From Dehalococcoidia bacterium (GTDB taxonomy: Bacteria; Chloroflexota; Dehalococcoidia; Lucifugimonadales; Australimonadaceae), in NCBI GenBank assembly GCA_965201135.1, contig OZ241751.1:948248-1012247 (forward strand): a stretch of 64,000 nt of DNA, read 5' to 3'. Position 1 is the stretch's first letter; each line of letters starts with the position of its first letter. The notes under the pieces are model-generated. The model had not been told where the DNA came from. It did no database searches and was given only the letters and a program-made list of their open reading frames with translations. Positions 30,521 through 38,850 of this stretch are shown piece after piece. Position numbers and translations under genes: made by a program.

Positions 30521-31669
30521 ATGAGAGGAGGCGCGTTGTCCGATTCGGCGAAGGAGTCCGTCCGCGCAGGCGGAGCGGGGCGCATCGAGGGATACGACCT
30601 TGCCCGCGCGCTCGCCATTTTCGGGATGGTCGCGGTCAACTTCAAGGTCGTGATGGGCGCGGGCGGTTGGGGGTCCGAGGCGAGGCCAGGCCCGGAATGG
30701 CTGCAATTCCTGACGAGCCTGCTGGAGGGGCGCGCCGCCGCGACGTTCGTCGTTCTGGCGGGCGTAGGCGTGGCGCTGGGGACGCGCCGGGCCGTCGCGT
30801 CGGGCGCTCCGCAGGCGCTCTCCGCCGCGCGCAAGACGCTGTGGAAACGCGCCGCGTTCCTGTTCTTCGGCGGGCTTCTGTTCGCAACGGTCTGGGAGGC
30901 CGACATTCTCCACTTCTACGGCTGGTACATCGGCATTGGCGCGCTGCTCATCGCGTTCCCAAGCAGGGCGCTGCTCGCCGCCGCCGCGCTCTTGATGATT
31001 GCGTTCCCGGCGCTGCTATTGGCGTTCTCCTACGAGGCGGAATGGAACCTAGACACGCTCGCCTACGAGGGGTTTTGGACGCCGGCGGGGCAGGCGCGGC
31101 ATCTGTTCTTCAACGGATTCCACCCCGTCGTTCCGTGGCTCGCCTTCCTCCTGTTCGGAATGTGGCTTGGGAGGCAAGACGTGCTCGACCCCGCAGTGAG
31201 GCGGCACCTGTTCATCGGCGGGGCGGCCGTCGCGCTGACGATTGAAATCGTCTCCGCCGCGCTCGTCGCGCAGTTGACGCGGGGCGCGTCCGCCGAAGAC
31301 GCCGAAGTGGTCGTCGCCTTGCTCGGCTCCGAGGCGCTGCCGCCGATGCCCTTCTATATGCTCGCGGCCGGCGGCACGGCGACGGCGCTCATTATGCTCG
31401 CCGTCGCGTTCGCGCAACGATTCCCCGGCGCGCCGTGGACTCGCGCCCTCGTCGCCGCGGGGCAACTCGCGCTGACCATCTACGTCGCCCACGTGCTGAT
31501 CGGCATGGGCGCGCTGTCCGCCGTCGGACGGCTGGAGAATCAATCGCTTCCGTTCGCGGTCGCGGCGTCGGCTGCGTTCTACGCCTTCGCCGTCGCGTTC
31601 GCAGTCCTGTGGCGCAAGCGGTTCGACCGGGGCCCGCTCGAGTGGGTTATGCGGAAGTGGTCGGGGTAG
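30521..31669 (+). CDS. DUF418/YeiB-like polytopic membrane protein
   Basis: In frame with ORF 30308..31669. RIEGYDLARALAIFGMVAVNF is the usual N-terminal motif and many TM helices follow. The start is uncertain: ATG 30506, ATG 30521 or TTG 30536. Confidence 0.7.
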   Translation: MRGGALSDSAKESVRAGGAGRIEGYDLARALAIFGMVAVNFKVVMGAGGWGSEARPGPEWLQFLTSLLEGRAAATFVVLAGVGVALGTRRAVASGAPQALSAARKTLWKRAAFLFFGGLLFATVWEADILHFYGWYIGIGALLIAFPSRALLAAAALLMIAFPALLLAFSYEAEWNLDTLAYEGFWTPAGQARHLFFNGFHPVVPWLAFLLFGMWLGRQDVLDPAVRRHLFIGGAAVALTIEIVSAALVAQLTRGASAEDAEVVVALLGSEALPPMPFYMLAAGGTATALIMLAVAFAQRFPGAPWTRALVAAGQLALTIYVAHVLIGMGALSAVGRLENQSLPFAVAASAAFYAFAVAFAVLWRKRFDRGPLEWVMRKWSG

Positions 31670-31674
31670 CGGCG

Positions 31675-32034
31675 TTGTCCGATTCGACGAAGGACGCGGT
31701 CCGCGCGTTCGCGCTGGGGTTGCCCGGGGCGTGGGAGGACCACCCGTGGGGCGAGAGCGCGATCAAGGTCGGCAAGAAAGTGTTCGCGTTTCTCGGCGTT
31801 CCGGGCGCGGGATTCGGGATGAGCGTGAAGTTGCCCGATTCCGGCGGCGCCGTCCTCGCGGAGCCGTTTGCGCGCCCTGCGGGGTACGGCCTCGGCAAGA
31901 GCGGGTGGGTCGAGATGACGTTCGGAGCGGACGAGGAGCCGCCGCTCGGCCTGCTGTTGGAGTGCGTGTTGGAGAGTTACCGCGCCGTCGCGCCCAAGGC
32001 GCTCGCGAAAGAGTTGGACGCGCGGAGCGGCTAA
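31675..32034 (+). CDS. MmcQ/YjbR-family protein
   Basis: In frame with ORF 31435..32034. Start is TTG 31675 (or GTG 31657). (M)SDSTKDAVRAFALGLPGAWEDHPWGESAIKVGKKVFAFLG...GWVEM fits the family, and ~119 aa is the typical length. Confidence 0.65.
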   Translation: MSDSTKDAVRAFALGLPGAWEDHPWGESAIKVGKKVFAFLGVPGAGFGMSVKLPDSGGAVLAEPFARPAGYGLGKSGWVEMTFGADEEPPLGLLLECVLESYRAVAPKALAKELDARSG

Positions 32035-32174
32035 GCGGCAGGGGAAGGAGACGGGGCTGCCCCGTCTATGGCGCTTGCGCGCCGACTGAATCCCTGCCCA
32101 ATAGGGCGTCCACTTGTGGGAGCGCGTCTGGGATTCGTTCCCTGCTTCTGATAGGACGCGCCGATTCTTGGGCG

Positions 32175-32432
32175 CTACTCGGCGGACAAGGCGGCGTTGA
32201 GGCGCTTCATCAAGCGAGACTTGCCGCGCGCGGCGGCGTTGCGGTGAAGAGCGCCCTTCGTGACGGCGCGGTCGAGTTTGCTCGCCGCCGCGTGAACAGC
32301 GGCCTCGGCGCCCTCTCCTCCTCCGCGAAGGGCTCGGTCCGCTTTCTTGACCGCCGTGCGCATGCTGGACCGCACGCGCCGATTGACGATGCGGCGCCGC
32401 TCCTGAACTTTCGCTGTCTTTATCGCTGGCAT
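32175..32432 (-). CDS. rpsT: 30S ribosomal protein S20
   Basis: This is the last 85 aa of ORF 32175..32834: MPAIKTAKVQERRRIVNRRVRSSMRTAVKKA...ALHRNAAARGKSRLMKRLNA. Confidence 0.9.
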   Translation of the reverse strand: MPAIKTAKVQERRRIVNRRVRSSMRTAVKKADRALRGGGEGAEAAVHAAASKLDRAVTKGALHRNAAARGKSRLMKRLNAALSAE

Positions 32433-32592
32433 AATGCTCCTTACGCCCGCCTGTCCGTTGGCGTTTGGTGCATTATCGCCTAGTATGGAACTTTTGGCTA
32501 GCCCGCTGCGTCCGGCTTCTCTCGTCGTTTTGGCGAACGAGTACAATGTCCTCCAGTCCATAGGAAGGCGAACAGGCAGGAGCGACGACTGG

Positions 32593-33084
32593 ATGGAGAA
32601 CGACCTCTCGATAGCGCCGACGCCGCCCAGCGACCCTGACGCCGAGGCGCTGATGGCGATGCTGGACGCGGAAGTGTCCGCTCTGTACGACGGAACGACG
32701 GGCACGGGCGCGCTTTCTCCCGAGGAGCGCGCCGCGTTCAACGGCGTGTTTCTCATCGCGCGCAGGAACGGGGCAGCCGTGGCCTGCGGCGCCGTCCGCT
32801 TCCTCGACGAGTCCACGGGCGAGTTGAAGCGCATCTACGTCAAGGCGGAGGAGCGCGGGTCGGGCGCGGCGCAGGCTCTCGTGGGCGAGTTGGAGCGCGT
32901 CGCCGGGGAGCGCGGAGCCTCCCGCGTCGTGCTGGAGACCGGCGACCGGATGGACCGCGCCATCCGCTTCTACGAGGGGCTGGGCTACGTCCGCGTTCCG
33001 CCCTACGCGGAGCACGCCGCAAAGTCTTGGGCGGTCTGCTTCGAGAAGCGCCTCACGGACGCAGGCAAGCCCGCATATGCTTGA
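32593..33084 (+). CDS. GNAT family N-acetyltransferase
   Basis: In frame with ORF 32434..33084. ELKRIYVKAEERGSGAAQALVGELERVAGERGASRVVLETG is acetyl-CoA binding motif A. Confidence 0.8.
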   Translation: MENDLSIAPTPPSDPDAEALMAMLDAEVSALYDGTTGTGALSPEERAAFNGVFLIARRNGAAVACGAVRFLDESTGELKRIYVKAEERGSGAAQALVGELERVAGERGASRVVLETGDRMDRAIRFYEGLGYVRVPPYAEHAAKSWAVCFEKRLTDAGKPAYA

Positions 33085-33544
33085 CGGCGTGACGTTCGAG
33101 GCCGCGTCGTCGGAGCATCCAGACGCCGCCCGGCTTATCGCCGCGATGACTGCGGAAGTCACGTCGCTCTACTCGCCGGAGCAGATCGCGGCGGTGCGTG
33201 AGCGCGAATCTTTGCGCGAGAGTCCGATGGAGTTGCTGCTCGTCCGGCGCGGCGGGCGGCCCGTCGGATGCGGCGGCGTTCAGCGCCTCGACGAGTCAAC
33301 CGCCGAACTCAAGCGGATGTATCTCGTTCCGGATGAGCGCGGCTTCGGCGTCGCCCCGGAACTGACAGGGCGCGTCGAGTCTCTCGCCGATGAGCGGGGC
33401 TTTGAGCGCATCGTTCTCAACACGGGCGCCAGATTGGAGCGCGCCGTCCGCCTCTACGAACGCATGGGCTACGTCCGCGTTCCCGCGCTGCCCGGCTGGG
33501 AAGACCTCGATTTCCTCATTTGGTACGGCAAAACCTTGGGCTAG
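33077..33544 (+). CDS. GNAT family N-acetyltransferase (tandem paralog)
   Basis: 155 aa, overlapping the upstream GNAT by 8 nt. ELKRMYLVPDERGFGVAPELTGRVESLADERGFERIVLNTG parallels the neighbouring gene. Confidence 0.8.
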   Translation: MLDGVTFEAASSEHPDAARLIAAMTAEVTSLYSPEQIAAVRERESLRESPMELLLVRRGGRPVGCGGVQRLDESTAELKRMYLVPDERGFGVAPELTGRVESLADERGFERIVLNTGARLERAVRLYERMGYVRVPALPGWEDLDFLIWYGKTLG

Positions 33545-33568
33545 CCGCCGAACGAGAGCGCCCCCCTG

Positions 33569-33598
33569 TTGCAACCCAACGCGCGGTTGGTGTATCTT
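33569..33598 (+). promoter_or_regulatory. Possible promoter TTGCAA-18-TATCTT (with TG extension) for the bicupin gene
   Basis: ttgcaa at 33569-33574, tg at 33591-33592, tatctt at 33593-33598. This is about 30 nt upstream of ATG 33629. Confidence 0.35.
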
Positions 33599-33628
33599 GC
33601 GCCCAATTTCCGCCCGCGAGGTGAACCT

Positions 33629-34783
33629 ATGGTTATGCAAGGCACCGATATGAAGGTCGCGGAGGCGCCGTCCGGGGAACTCAAGGACTTCCGCATCCCC
33701 GACGCCTACGAGGACTGGCTGGAGAAGGAGAAGGTCCTCGTCCACAAGACGTACTACGTCCCGAGCATGCGCGAGATCGAGGTCGGCCCCTGGGAGCGCA
33801 AGGGCGGCGAGGGCGCCGTCGTCCACATCGACAACGCCCACATGCCGAACGACCTGCACGTGGTGGACATCGCCCCCGGCGGCCGCTCCGAGCCCGAGCG
33901 CCACATGTACGAGATCAACTTCTACGTCGTCTCCGGCAGGGGCGCGACCACCGTCTGGCAGGACGAGAGCGGCAAGCAGACGTTCGAGTGGAAGGCCGGC
34001 AGCCTGTTCACCATTCCGCTCAACGCCTGGTATCAGCACTTCAACGGCTCCGGCGACGAGAAGGTCCGCTACGTCGCCACGACGAACGCCCCGCCGATGA
34101 TGCGCCTCTTCCGCGACGAGGAGTTCATCTTCAACAACGACTTTCAGTTCAAGTCCCGCTACACGGACGACGAGTCGTACTTCAGCGGGAACGGGACGCT
34201 CTACAACAAGCGCATCTGGGAGACGAACTTCATCCCGAACGCCCCGGACATGGCGCTCTACGGCTGGAAGGAGCGCGGCGCCGGGGGCATCAACGCGATG
34301 CTGCAGATGGGGCAGAACGACATGGGCAACCATATCTCCGAGTTCCCCATCGGCACGTACAAGAAGGCGCACCGGCACGGCCCGGGCGCGCACCTCGTCC
34401 TGCTCAGCGGCGACGCGGGCTTCTCCCTGCTGTGGACCAAACCCGACCGCTCCGATATGGTCAAGTGCGACTGGCAGGTCGGCTCCATCGTCATCATCCC
34501 CGGCGACGGCGTGTATCACCAGCACTTCAACTCGGGGACGACGCGCGCCCGCTACATGGCGCTGCGCGGCGGCAACGGCGGCTTCATCGCCCCCAACCAG
34601 AAGGCCACCGCCGACGTCAGCCTCAAGGAGGGCGGCATCCAGGTCGAGTACGAGGACGAAGACCGCGAAATCCACGAGATCTTCGAGGCCGAACTCGCCA
34701 AGAGCGGCGCCCAGTGCAATATGAAGGCGTTCATCCCCTATTGCACCGGCGTGGCGGGCGTGACCGACGCGCGTATGACCTAG
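33629..34783 (+). CDS. Bicupin-domain protein (dioxygenase-like), paralog A
   Basis: In frame with ORF 33569..34783. It has two cupin cores (PERHMYEINFYVVSGRG...WYQHFN and YKKAHRHGPGAHLVLLSG...VYHQHFN) and is clearly paralogous to 56148..57323. Confidence 0.75.
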   Translation: MVMQGTDMKVAEAPSGELKDFRIPDAYEDWLEKEKVLVHKTYYVPSMREIEVGPWERKGGEGAVVHIDNAHMPNDLHVVDIAPGGRSEPERHMYEINFYVVSGRGATTVWQDESGKQTFEWKAGSLFTIPLNAWYQHFNGSGDEKVRYVATTNAPPMMRLFRDEEFIFNNDFQFKSRYTDDESYFSGNGTLYNKRIWETNFIPNAPDMALYGWKERGAGGINAMLQMGQNDMGNHISEFPIGTYKKAHRHGPGAHLVLLSGDAGFSLLWTKPDRSDMVKCDWQVGSIVIIPGDGVYHQHFNSGTTRARYMALRGGNGGFIAPNQKATADVSLKEGGIQVEYEDEDREIHEIFEAELAKSGAQCNMKAFIPYCTGVAGVTDARMT

Positions 34784-34808
34784 CCCGCTCCGCCGCGGCG
34801 CGACGAAC

Positions 34809-34844
34809 GAGAAAGGGGCGGGCGCAACGCGCCCGCCCCTTCTC
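34809..34844. terminator. Strong GC hairpin between convergent genes (bidirectional terminator candidate)
   Basis: gagaaaggggcgggcgc-aac-gcgcccgccccttctc forms a ~16-bp stem with one bulged A. It lies between the bicupin stop (34783) and the hicB stop (34872). Confidence 0.55.
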
Positions 34845-34871
34845 TGATCCGTCCGAAACGGAGCGACGCGC

Positions 34872-35201
34872 CTAGACCTGCGCCGCCGCTTGCTCCACCG
34901 TCTCGGCGAGCCGCGCGTTGAGCGTTTTGCCCTCGGACTTCGCAGCCGCGACCGCAGCCCGGTGCACCCTGGACGGAACCCTCAACGGTATCCTCCCCGA
35001 AAACGGCCTATCCGGGTCTCTTCCGCGCTCCGCGCAGGCGGAGAGGTAATCGTCAATGGAGAACGCGAACTCCGCCTGAAGGCTCTCCACGGAGTCGCCC
35101 TCGAAGGCGATGACGTCGCGCGTGTCCACCACTTCCCCATGGAAGACCCCCGCCGAGCGGTCGAAGGTCACTGCCGCTTTGTAGCCTTTGTACTCCATCA
35201 C
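34872..35201 (-). CDS. hicB: HicB-family antitoxin (type II TA), no cognate HicA seen
   Basis: 109 aa. MEYKGYKAAVTFDRSAGVFHGEVVDTRDVIAFEGDSVESLQAEFAFSIDDYL...FSGRIPLRVPSRVHRAAVAAAKSEGKTLNARLAETV shows the HicB fold plus a C-terminal RHH. Confidence 0.75.
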   Translation of the reverse strand: MMEYKGYKAAVTFDRSAGVFHGEVVDTRDVIAFEGDSVESLQAEFAFSIDDYLSACAERGRDPDRPFSGRIPLRVPSRVHRAAVAAAKSEGKTLNARLAETVEQAAAQV

Positions 35202-35222
35202 GGCGCTGCTCCCGCTTCCATA

Positions 35223-35942
35223 TTACCTCGCCTCCCCTGCCGCCTTCCGCCCGGAGGCGCAGAGGTCGGCGAGGACGCAGGCGCCGCAGCGAGGCTCGCG
35301 CTTGAGGCAAACCGCTTTGGCGTGCGCGTCCAGCAGCGCGTGGTACTCGTTGAACATCGCGGCGTCGCGCGGCAAGTGGCGCTCGAACAGCGACTGATAG
35401 GCGTCGTAGCCGCGCAGCCGATGGCGCGGCAGCATCCGGTCAATAATGCGCTGCGTGTAGACGTCGATCACGAACGACGGCAGCCCGGCGGCGTAGAGCA
35501 CGATGTCGTCCGCCGTCTCCGGCCCGACGCCGTGCACGGCGAGCAACTCCGCCCTGAGCGCGCGGGCGTCCATCCGGCCCATCGCCGCGATGTCGTCGCC
35601 GTAGCGCGCCAGGTAGTCGGCCATCGCCTTCAGTTTGCGCGCCTTCGCGTTGAAGTAGCCGCTGGGGCGCAGGAGTTCCGCCAATTCGGACTCCGGCGCG
35701 GCCCTGAGCGCGGCGGGCGACATCGCCCCGGCGGCCTTGAGGTTCTCTATGGCGCGCGCCGCGTTCGTCCACGCCGTGTTCTGCGTGAGAATCGCGCCGA
35801 CGATCGTCTCGAACGGGCCGTCGCCGGGCCACCAGCCCTGGGGTCCGTGATGGGCGAGCAGCCGCTCGTAGACCTCCTGCAGCAGGCGCGCGATTCGCGG
35901 GGAGCGTCGCATTAGCGGGGCGGAGTCGCGGGGAGGAGCCAT
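35223..35942 (-). CDS. Endonuclease III-related HhH-GPD base-excision glycosylase with C-terminal Cys cluster
   Basis: In frame with ORF 35223..35972 (start M11 or M21). Blocks: FETIVGAILTQNTAWTNA...LLAVHGVGPETADDIVLYA...CLKREPRCGACVLADLC. Confidence 0.8.
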   Translation of the reverse strand: MAPPRDSAPLMRRSPRIARLLQEVYERLLAHHGPQGWWPGDGPFETIVGAILTQNTAWTNAARAIENLKAAGAMSPAALRAAPESELAELLRPSGYFNAKARKLKAMADYLARYGDDIAAMGRMDARALRAELLAVHGVGPETADDIVLYAAGLPSFVIDVYTQRIIDRMLPRHRLRGYDAYQSLFERHLPRDAAMFNEYHALLDAHAKAVCLKREPRCGACVLADLCASGRKAAGEAR

Positions 35943-35998
35943 AGGGGAAGCATAGCGCCCGCCCGCGCCCAACGCCCTCTGCTACACTCCCACGCGCT

Positions 35999-36829
35999 AT
36001 GCAGACCTTCGTCGAGCGTCTGGGCGCCGCCGCCGAGCGCAACCGCAGCCTCCTGTGCGTCGGCCTCGACCCGTGGCCGCCCGCTATGCCCGTCGCCGAC
36101 GTCGCCGTGTTCTGCCGCGCCATCATCGAGGCGACGAGCGACCTCGTGTGCGCGTACAAGCCGCAGTGGGCGTTCTTCGAGGCCGAGGGCGTCCCCGGCG
36201 TCCGCGCCCTCGAGTCGGCGATGCAGGCCGTCCCCCTGGGCGTTCCCGTCATCCTCGACGCCAAGCGCGGCGACTTGGGCAACACGTCCGTCGCCTATGC
36301 CAAAGCCGCGTTCGAGATATGGGGCGCGGACGCCGTGACCGTCAATCCCTACTTGGGGCGCGACTCCATTCAGCCGTTCCTGGACTACGCCGGCAAAGGC
36401 GTGTTCGCGCTCACGCGGACGTCCAACCCCGGCGCCGCGGACTTCCAAGACCTGCGCGTTCGGGGCGCCGACGGCGCGGAGCGTCCGCTCTACGAAGAGG
36501 TCGCGCGTCAGACCGCGGCATGGAGCGCGAGCGGGGCCGTCGGGCTCGTCGCGGGCGCAACCGCCCCGGAGGAACTCGCTCGGGTTCGCGCAATCGCGGG
36601 CGCGGCGCCGATCCTGATCCCGGGCGTAGGCGCGCAAGGCGGCGACCTCGAGATCGCGGTCCGCAACGGCGCCGACGCCAACGGACGCCGCGCCGTCGTC
36701 ACGGCGTCGCGCAGCGTCCTCTACGCCTCGCCGGGCGCGGACTTCGCGGAGGCGGCGCGGGCGGAGGCGGCGCGTCTGCGGGATGCGATCAACGCGGAAC
36801 TGGACCGGATGGGCAAGGCATGGCCGTAG
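35999..36829 (+). CDS. pyrF: Orotidine 5'-phosphate decarboxylase (type 2)
   Basis: 276 aa. Blocks: LLCVGLDPWP...CAYKPQWAFFEA...VILDAKRGDLGNTS. Confidence 0.9.
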   Translation: MQTFVERLGAAAERNRSLLCVGLDPWPPAMPVADVAVFCRAIIEATSDLVCAYKPQWAFFEAEGVPGVRALESAMQAVPLGVPVILDAKRGDLGNTSVAYAKAAFEIWGADAVTVNPYLGRDSIQPFLDYAGKGVFALTRTSNPGAADFQDLRVRGADGAERPLYEEVARQTAAWSASGAVGLVAGATAPEELARVRAIAGAAPILIPGVGAQGGDLEIAVRNGADANGRRAVVTASRSVLYASPGADFAEAARAEAARLRDAINAELDRMGKAWP

Positions 36830-37029
36830 AGTTGCGGCTCGGCGGCCTCGTCACGCTGCGAAAGCGCCACCCTTGCGGCGGCGTCGAGTGGCGCGTCGAG
36901 CGTATCGGCGCGGACGTCGGCATCCGCTGCCTCACCTGCGGACGCTACGCGCTCACGCCTCGCCGCAAACTGGAGCGCGCCGCGAAATCGAGCGCGCCGC
37001 CGGCGTCTCAGCAAACGGCGGGGGGATGA
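36820..37029 (+). CDS. DUF951-family small protein
   Basis: In frame with ORF 36055..37029. ATG 36820 overlaps the pyrF stop. MAVELRLGGLVTLRKRHPCGGVEWRVERIGADVGIRCLTCGRYALTPRRKLERA fits the K-x-HPCG...C-x-x-C pattern. Confidence 0.65.
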   Translation: MAVELRLGGLVTLRKRHPCGGVEWRVERIGADVGIRCLTCGRYALTPRRKLERAAKSSAPPASQQTAGG

Positions 37030-37262
37030 TGGGGGTGCTCGGCGACGGGCGCTTGCACCCAGCGCCCAGCCCTAATGCGAACGCTCCGTGTCGGAGCAGA
37101 GCAGGTAGACCACCAACTCCTCCCTCAACTCCTCCACCGTCTCAAACGTCGTCCATCCTTGCGGCGCTGGTCTCTAGGCGGCCTATCGCTTCGGCCAATT
37201 CCGTCAACGAATTACCTAACATTTGCAATTTCCCGCGCAGACGGGCCCCGCGCCGCCGCCCC

Positions 37263-38462
37263 CTACCTCCGCAGGCGCGAGCCCCCCGTCTCCCGCGCGA
37301 CCGCGACCAGCAGAACCGTCGCGGCCAGCAGCAGCGCCCCCATCGTGAAGAACGCCGTCTGCGGAAACAGGAAGTGATAGAGCGCGGCCAGCAGCGCCGG
37401 CCCCGCGACCGCCCCAACCGACTGCGCCAGCGTCGACAGCCCCATATACAGCCCGCGCTCCTCCCGCCGCGCCAAGTCCATCGCGTACGTCTGCGTCGTC
37501 CCTAGCCCCATCGCCTCGCCCACGCCGATCAGCGCGGCGGCGGCGACCAGCGCCCCGTAGGTCTCGCTAATTCCCAAAGCCGCCGACGCCGCGCCCATCG
37601 TCAGCAGCCCGGGCGCCAGCGACCACTTCCGCCCGAATCGGTCGGCGATAACCCCGTTCGGCAGCGCCCACAGCGTCGTGATGAGCGAGGTCAGGCTGAT
37701 CAGCCCGCCAATCGCCCGCGCGTCTAGTTGCAGCGGCCCCGCCGCGTGCACCGGCACGAGCGTCTGCATAATGCCCGCCGTCCCCATTGCGAACACCGCC
37801 GTCGCCGCCGCAACCGCCGCGAACGTCCGGTCGCGGAACGGCGCCAGCGAGAGGCCGCCCCGCCCCGTCAGCGCCGCGCCGCCCACATCCTGCGGGCGCG
37901 TCTCCTTCACCATCGCAATCACGACGACGACGATCACGGCCTTGCTGATCCCGTTCAGCAGAAAGACGGACTCCAGCCCGAACGCCGCCGCGAACGCGCC
38001 CCCGACCGCCGGGCCCGCCACGAAGCCGACCCGCGTCGCCATGTGCCGCAGCGCCAGCACGCGGCCGCGGCTCGCCGTATGCGTGACGTCGGAGAGCAGC
38101 ACGTTGGAACTCGTCGCCCACATCGCCACGCCGATCTGCCCGATCAACTCCAATACGAGAAACGTTACGTAATCGTCCGCGAAGAACTGCCCGATATTGG
38201 TCGCCCCGCGAACGATGGGCGCCGCGACCACCATCGGCTTCCGCCCCAGCCGCTCCGTGAGGAACCCCGTCACCGGGCCCGTGAACGCGCGCGGCAGCGC
38301 GTTCGCCGCCAGCATCACGCCCACCAGGAAAACGTTGCCCGTGACCGCGAACGCGAACAGCGGGCGCCCCAAGTTCTGCGCGCCCGTCCCGAATCCCCAC
38401 GTGAAGAACGAGAAGAAGATCGGCGCGTGGGCGAGCGCCGCGCCCCGGCGTCCGCTCCGCAT
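37263..38462 (-). CDS. MFS transporter
   Basis: 399 aa, ~12 predicted hydrophobic helices. The GFLTERLGRKPMV loop 2-3 motif and ADRFGRKWSL are present. Confidence 0.85.
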   Translation of the reverse strand: MRSGRRGAALAHAPIFFSFFTWGFGTGAQNLGRPLFAFAVTGNVFLVGVMLAANALPRAFTGPVTGFLTERLGRKPMVVAAPIVRGATNIGQFFADDYVTFLVLELIGQIGVAMWATSSNVLLSDVTHTASRGRVLALRHMATRVGFVAGPAVGGAFAAAFGLESVFLLNGISKAVIVVVVIAMVKETRPQDVGGAALTGRGGLSLAPFRDRTFAAVAAATAVFAMGTAGIMQTLVPVHAAGPLQLDARAIGGLISLTSLITTLWALPNGVIADRFGRKWSLAPGLLTMGAASAALGISETYGALVAAAALIGVGEAMGLGTTQTYAMDLARREERGLYMGLSTLAQSVGAVAGPALLAALYHFLFPQTAFFTMGALLLAATVLLVAVARETGGSRLRR

Positions 38463-38579
38463 ACCCTACGCCCGCTCCGTCGGCAGACCCTCGACGAATT
38501 CGCTAAGCGGACGGCGTTCGGCCACGTCTGACGGCTCCTGCGGAGGCGCTTCCTCCCGCCGCAGTCTAGCAGGAGGCCG

Positions 38580-38765
38580 GTGGAGAATCTCCCCATTCCC
38601 GCTTATGACCCGGACGATAAGCATCACGCGAACCTGGCGCGGCAGTCGCGGCGGGCGCGCGAGCGCGTGGCGGCGCTCATCGCGGAGCGTCGGCAGAGAC
38701 GCCTCAGAATCGCCCGCGACGACGTGCTGCTCGACCCTGCGATGCAGCGATCCTCGCCGCCATAG
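38580..38765 (+). CDS. Hypothetical small protein (61 aa); possibly a gene remnant
   Basis: GTG 38580 with AGGAGG 5 nt upstream. The sequence is (M)ENLPIPAYDPDDKHHANLARQSRRARERVAALIAERRQ... I recognise no family. Confidence 0.25.
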   Translation: MENLPIPAYDPDDKHHANLARQSRRARERVAALIAERRQRRLRIARDDVLLDPAMQRSSPP

Positions 38766-38850
38766 ACCAAGTCGGCGCGGGCGATTCTGCCGGACTATTG
38801 CGCCTGAGGAAGGGTGGGTTATCCCAATCTCTTGAGCGCCTCGACGGGCT

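Noticed and set aside
34784-35222. Search for a hicA toxin gene next to hicB.
   Set aside because: The flanking gaps are only 88 nt (filled by a hairpin) and 21 nt, so no ORF of HicA size fits.
37080-37262. Short minus-strand peptides (…NSLTELAEAIGRLETSAARMDDV and ETVEELREELVVYLLCSDTERSH) that hint at an antitoxin-like remnant.
   Set aside because: They are split over two frames, have no start or RBS, and contain no recognisable motif. The evidence is too weak to report as a feature.
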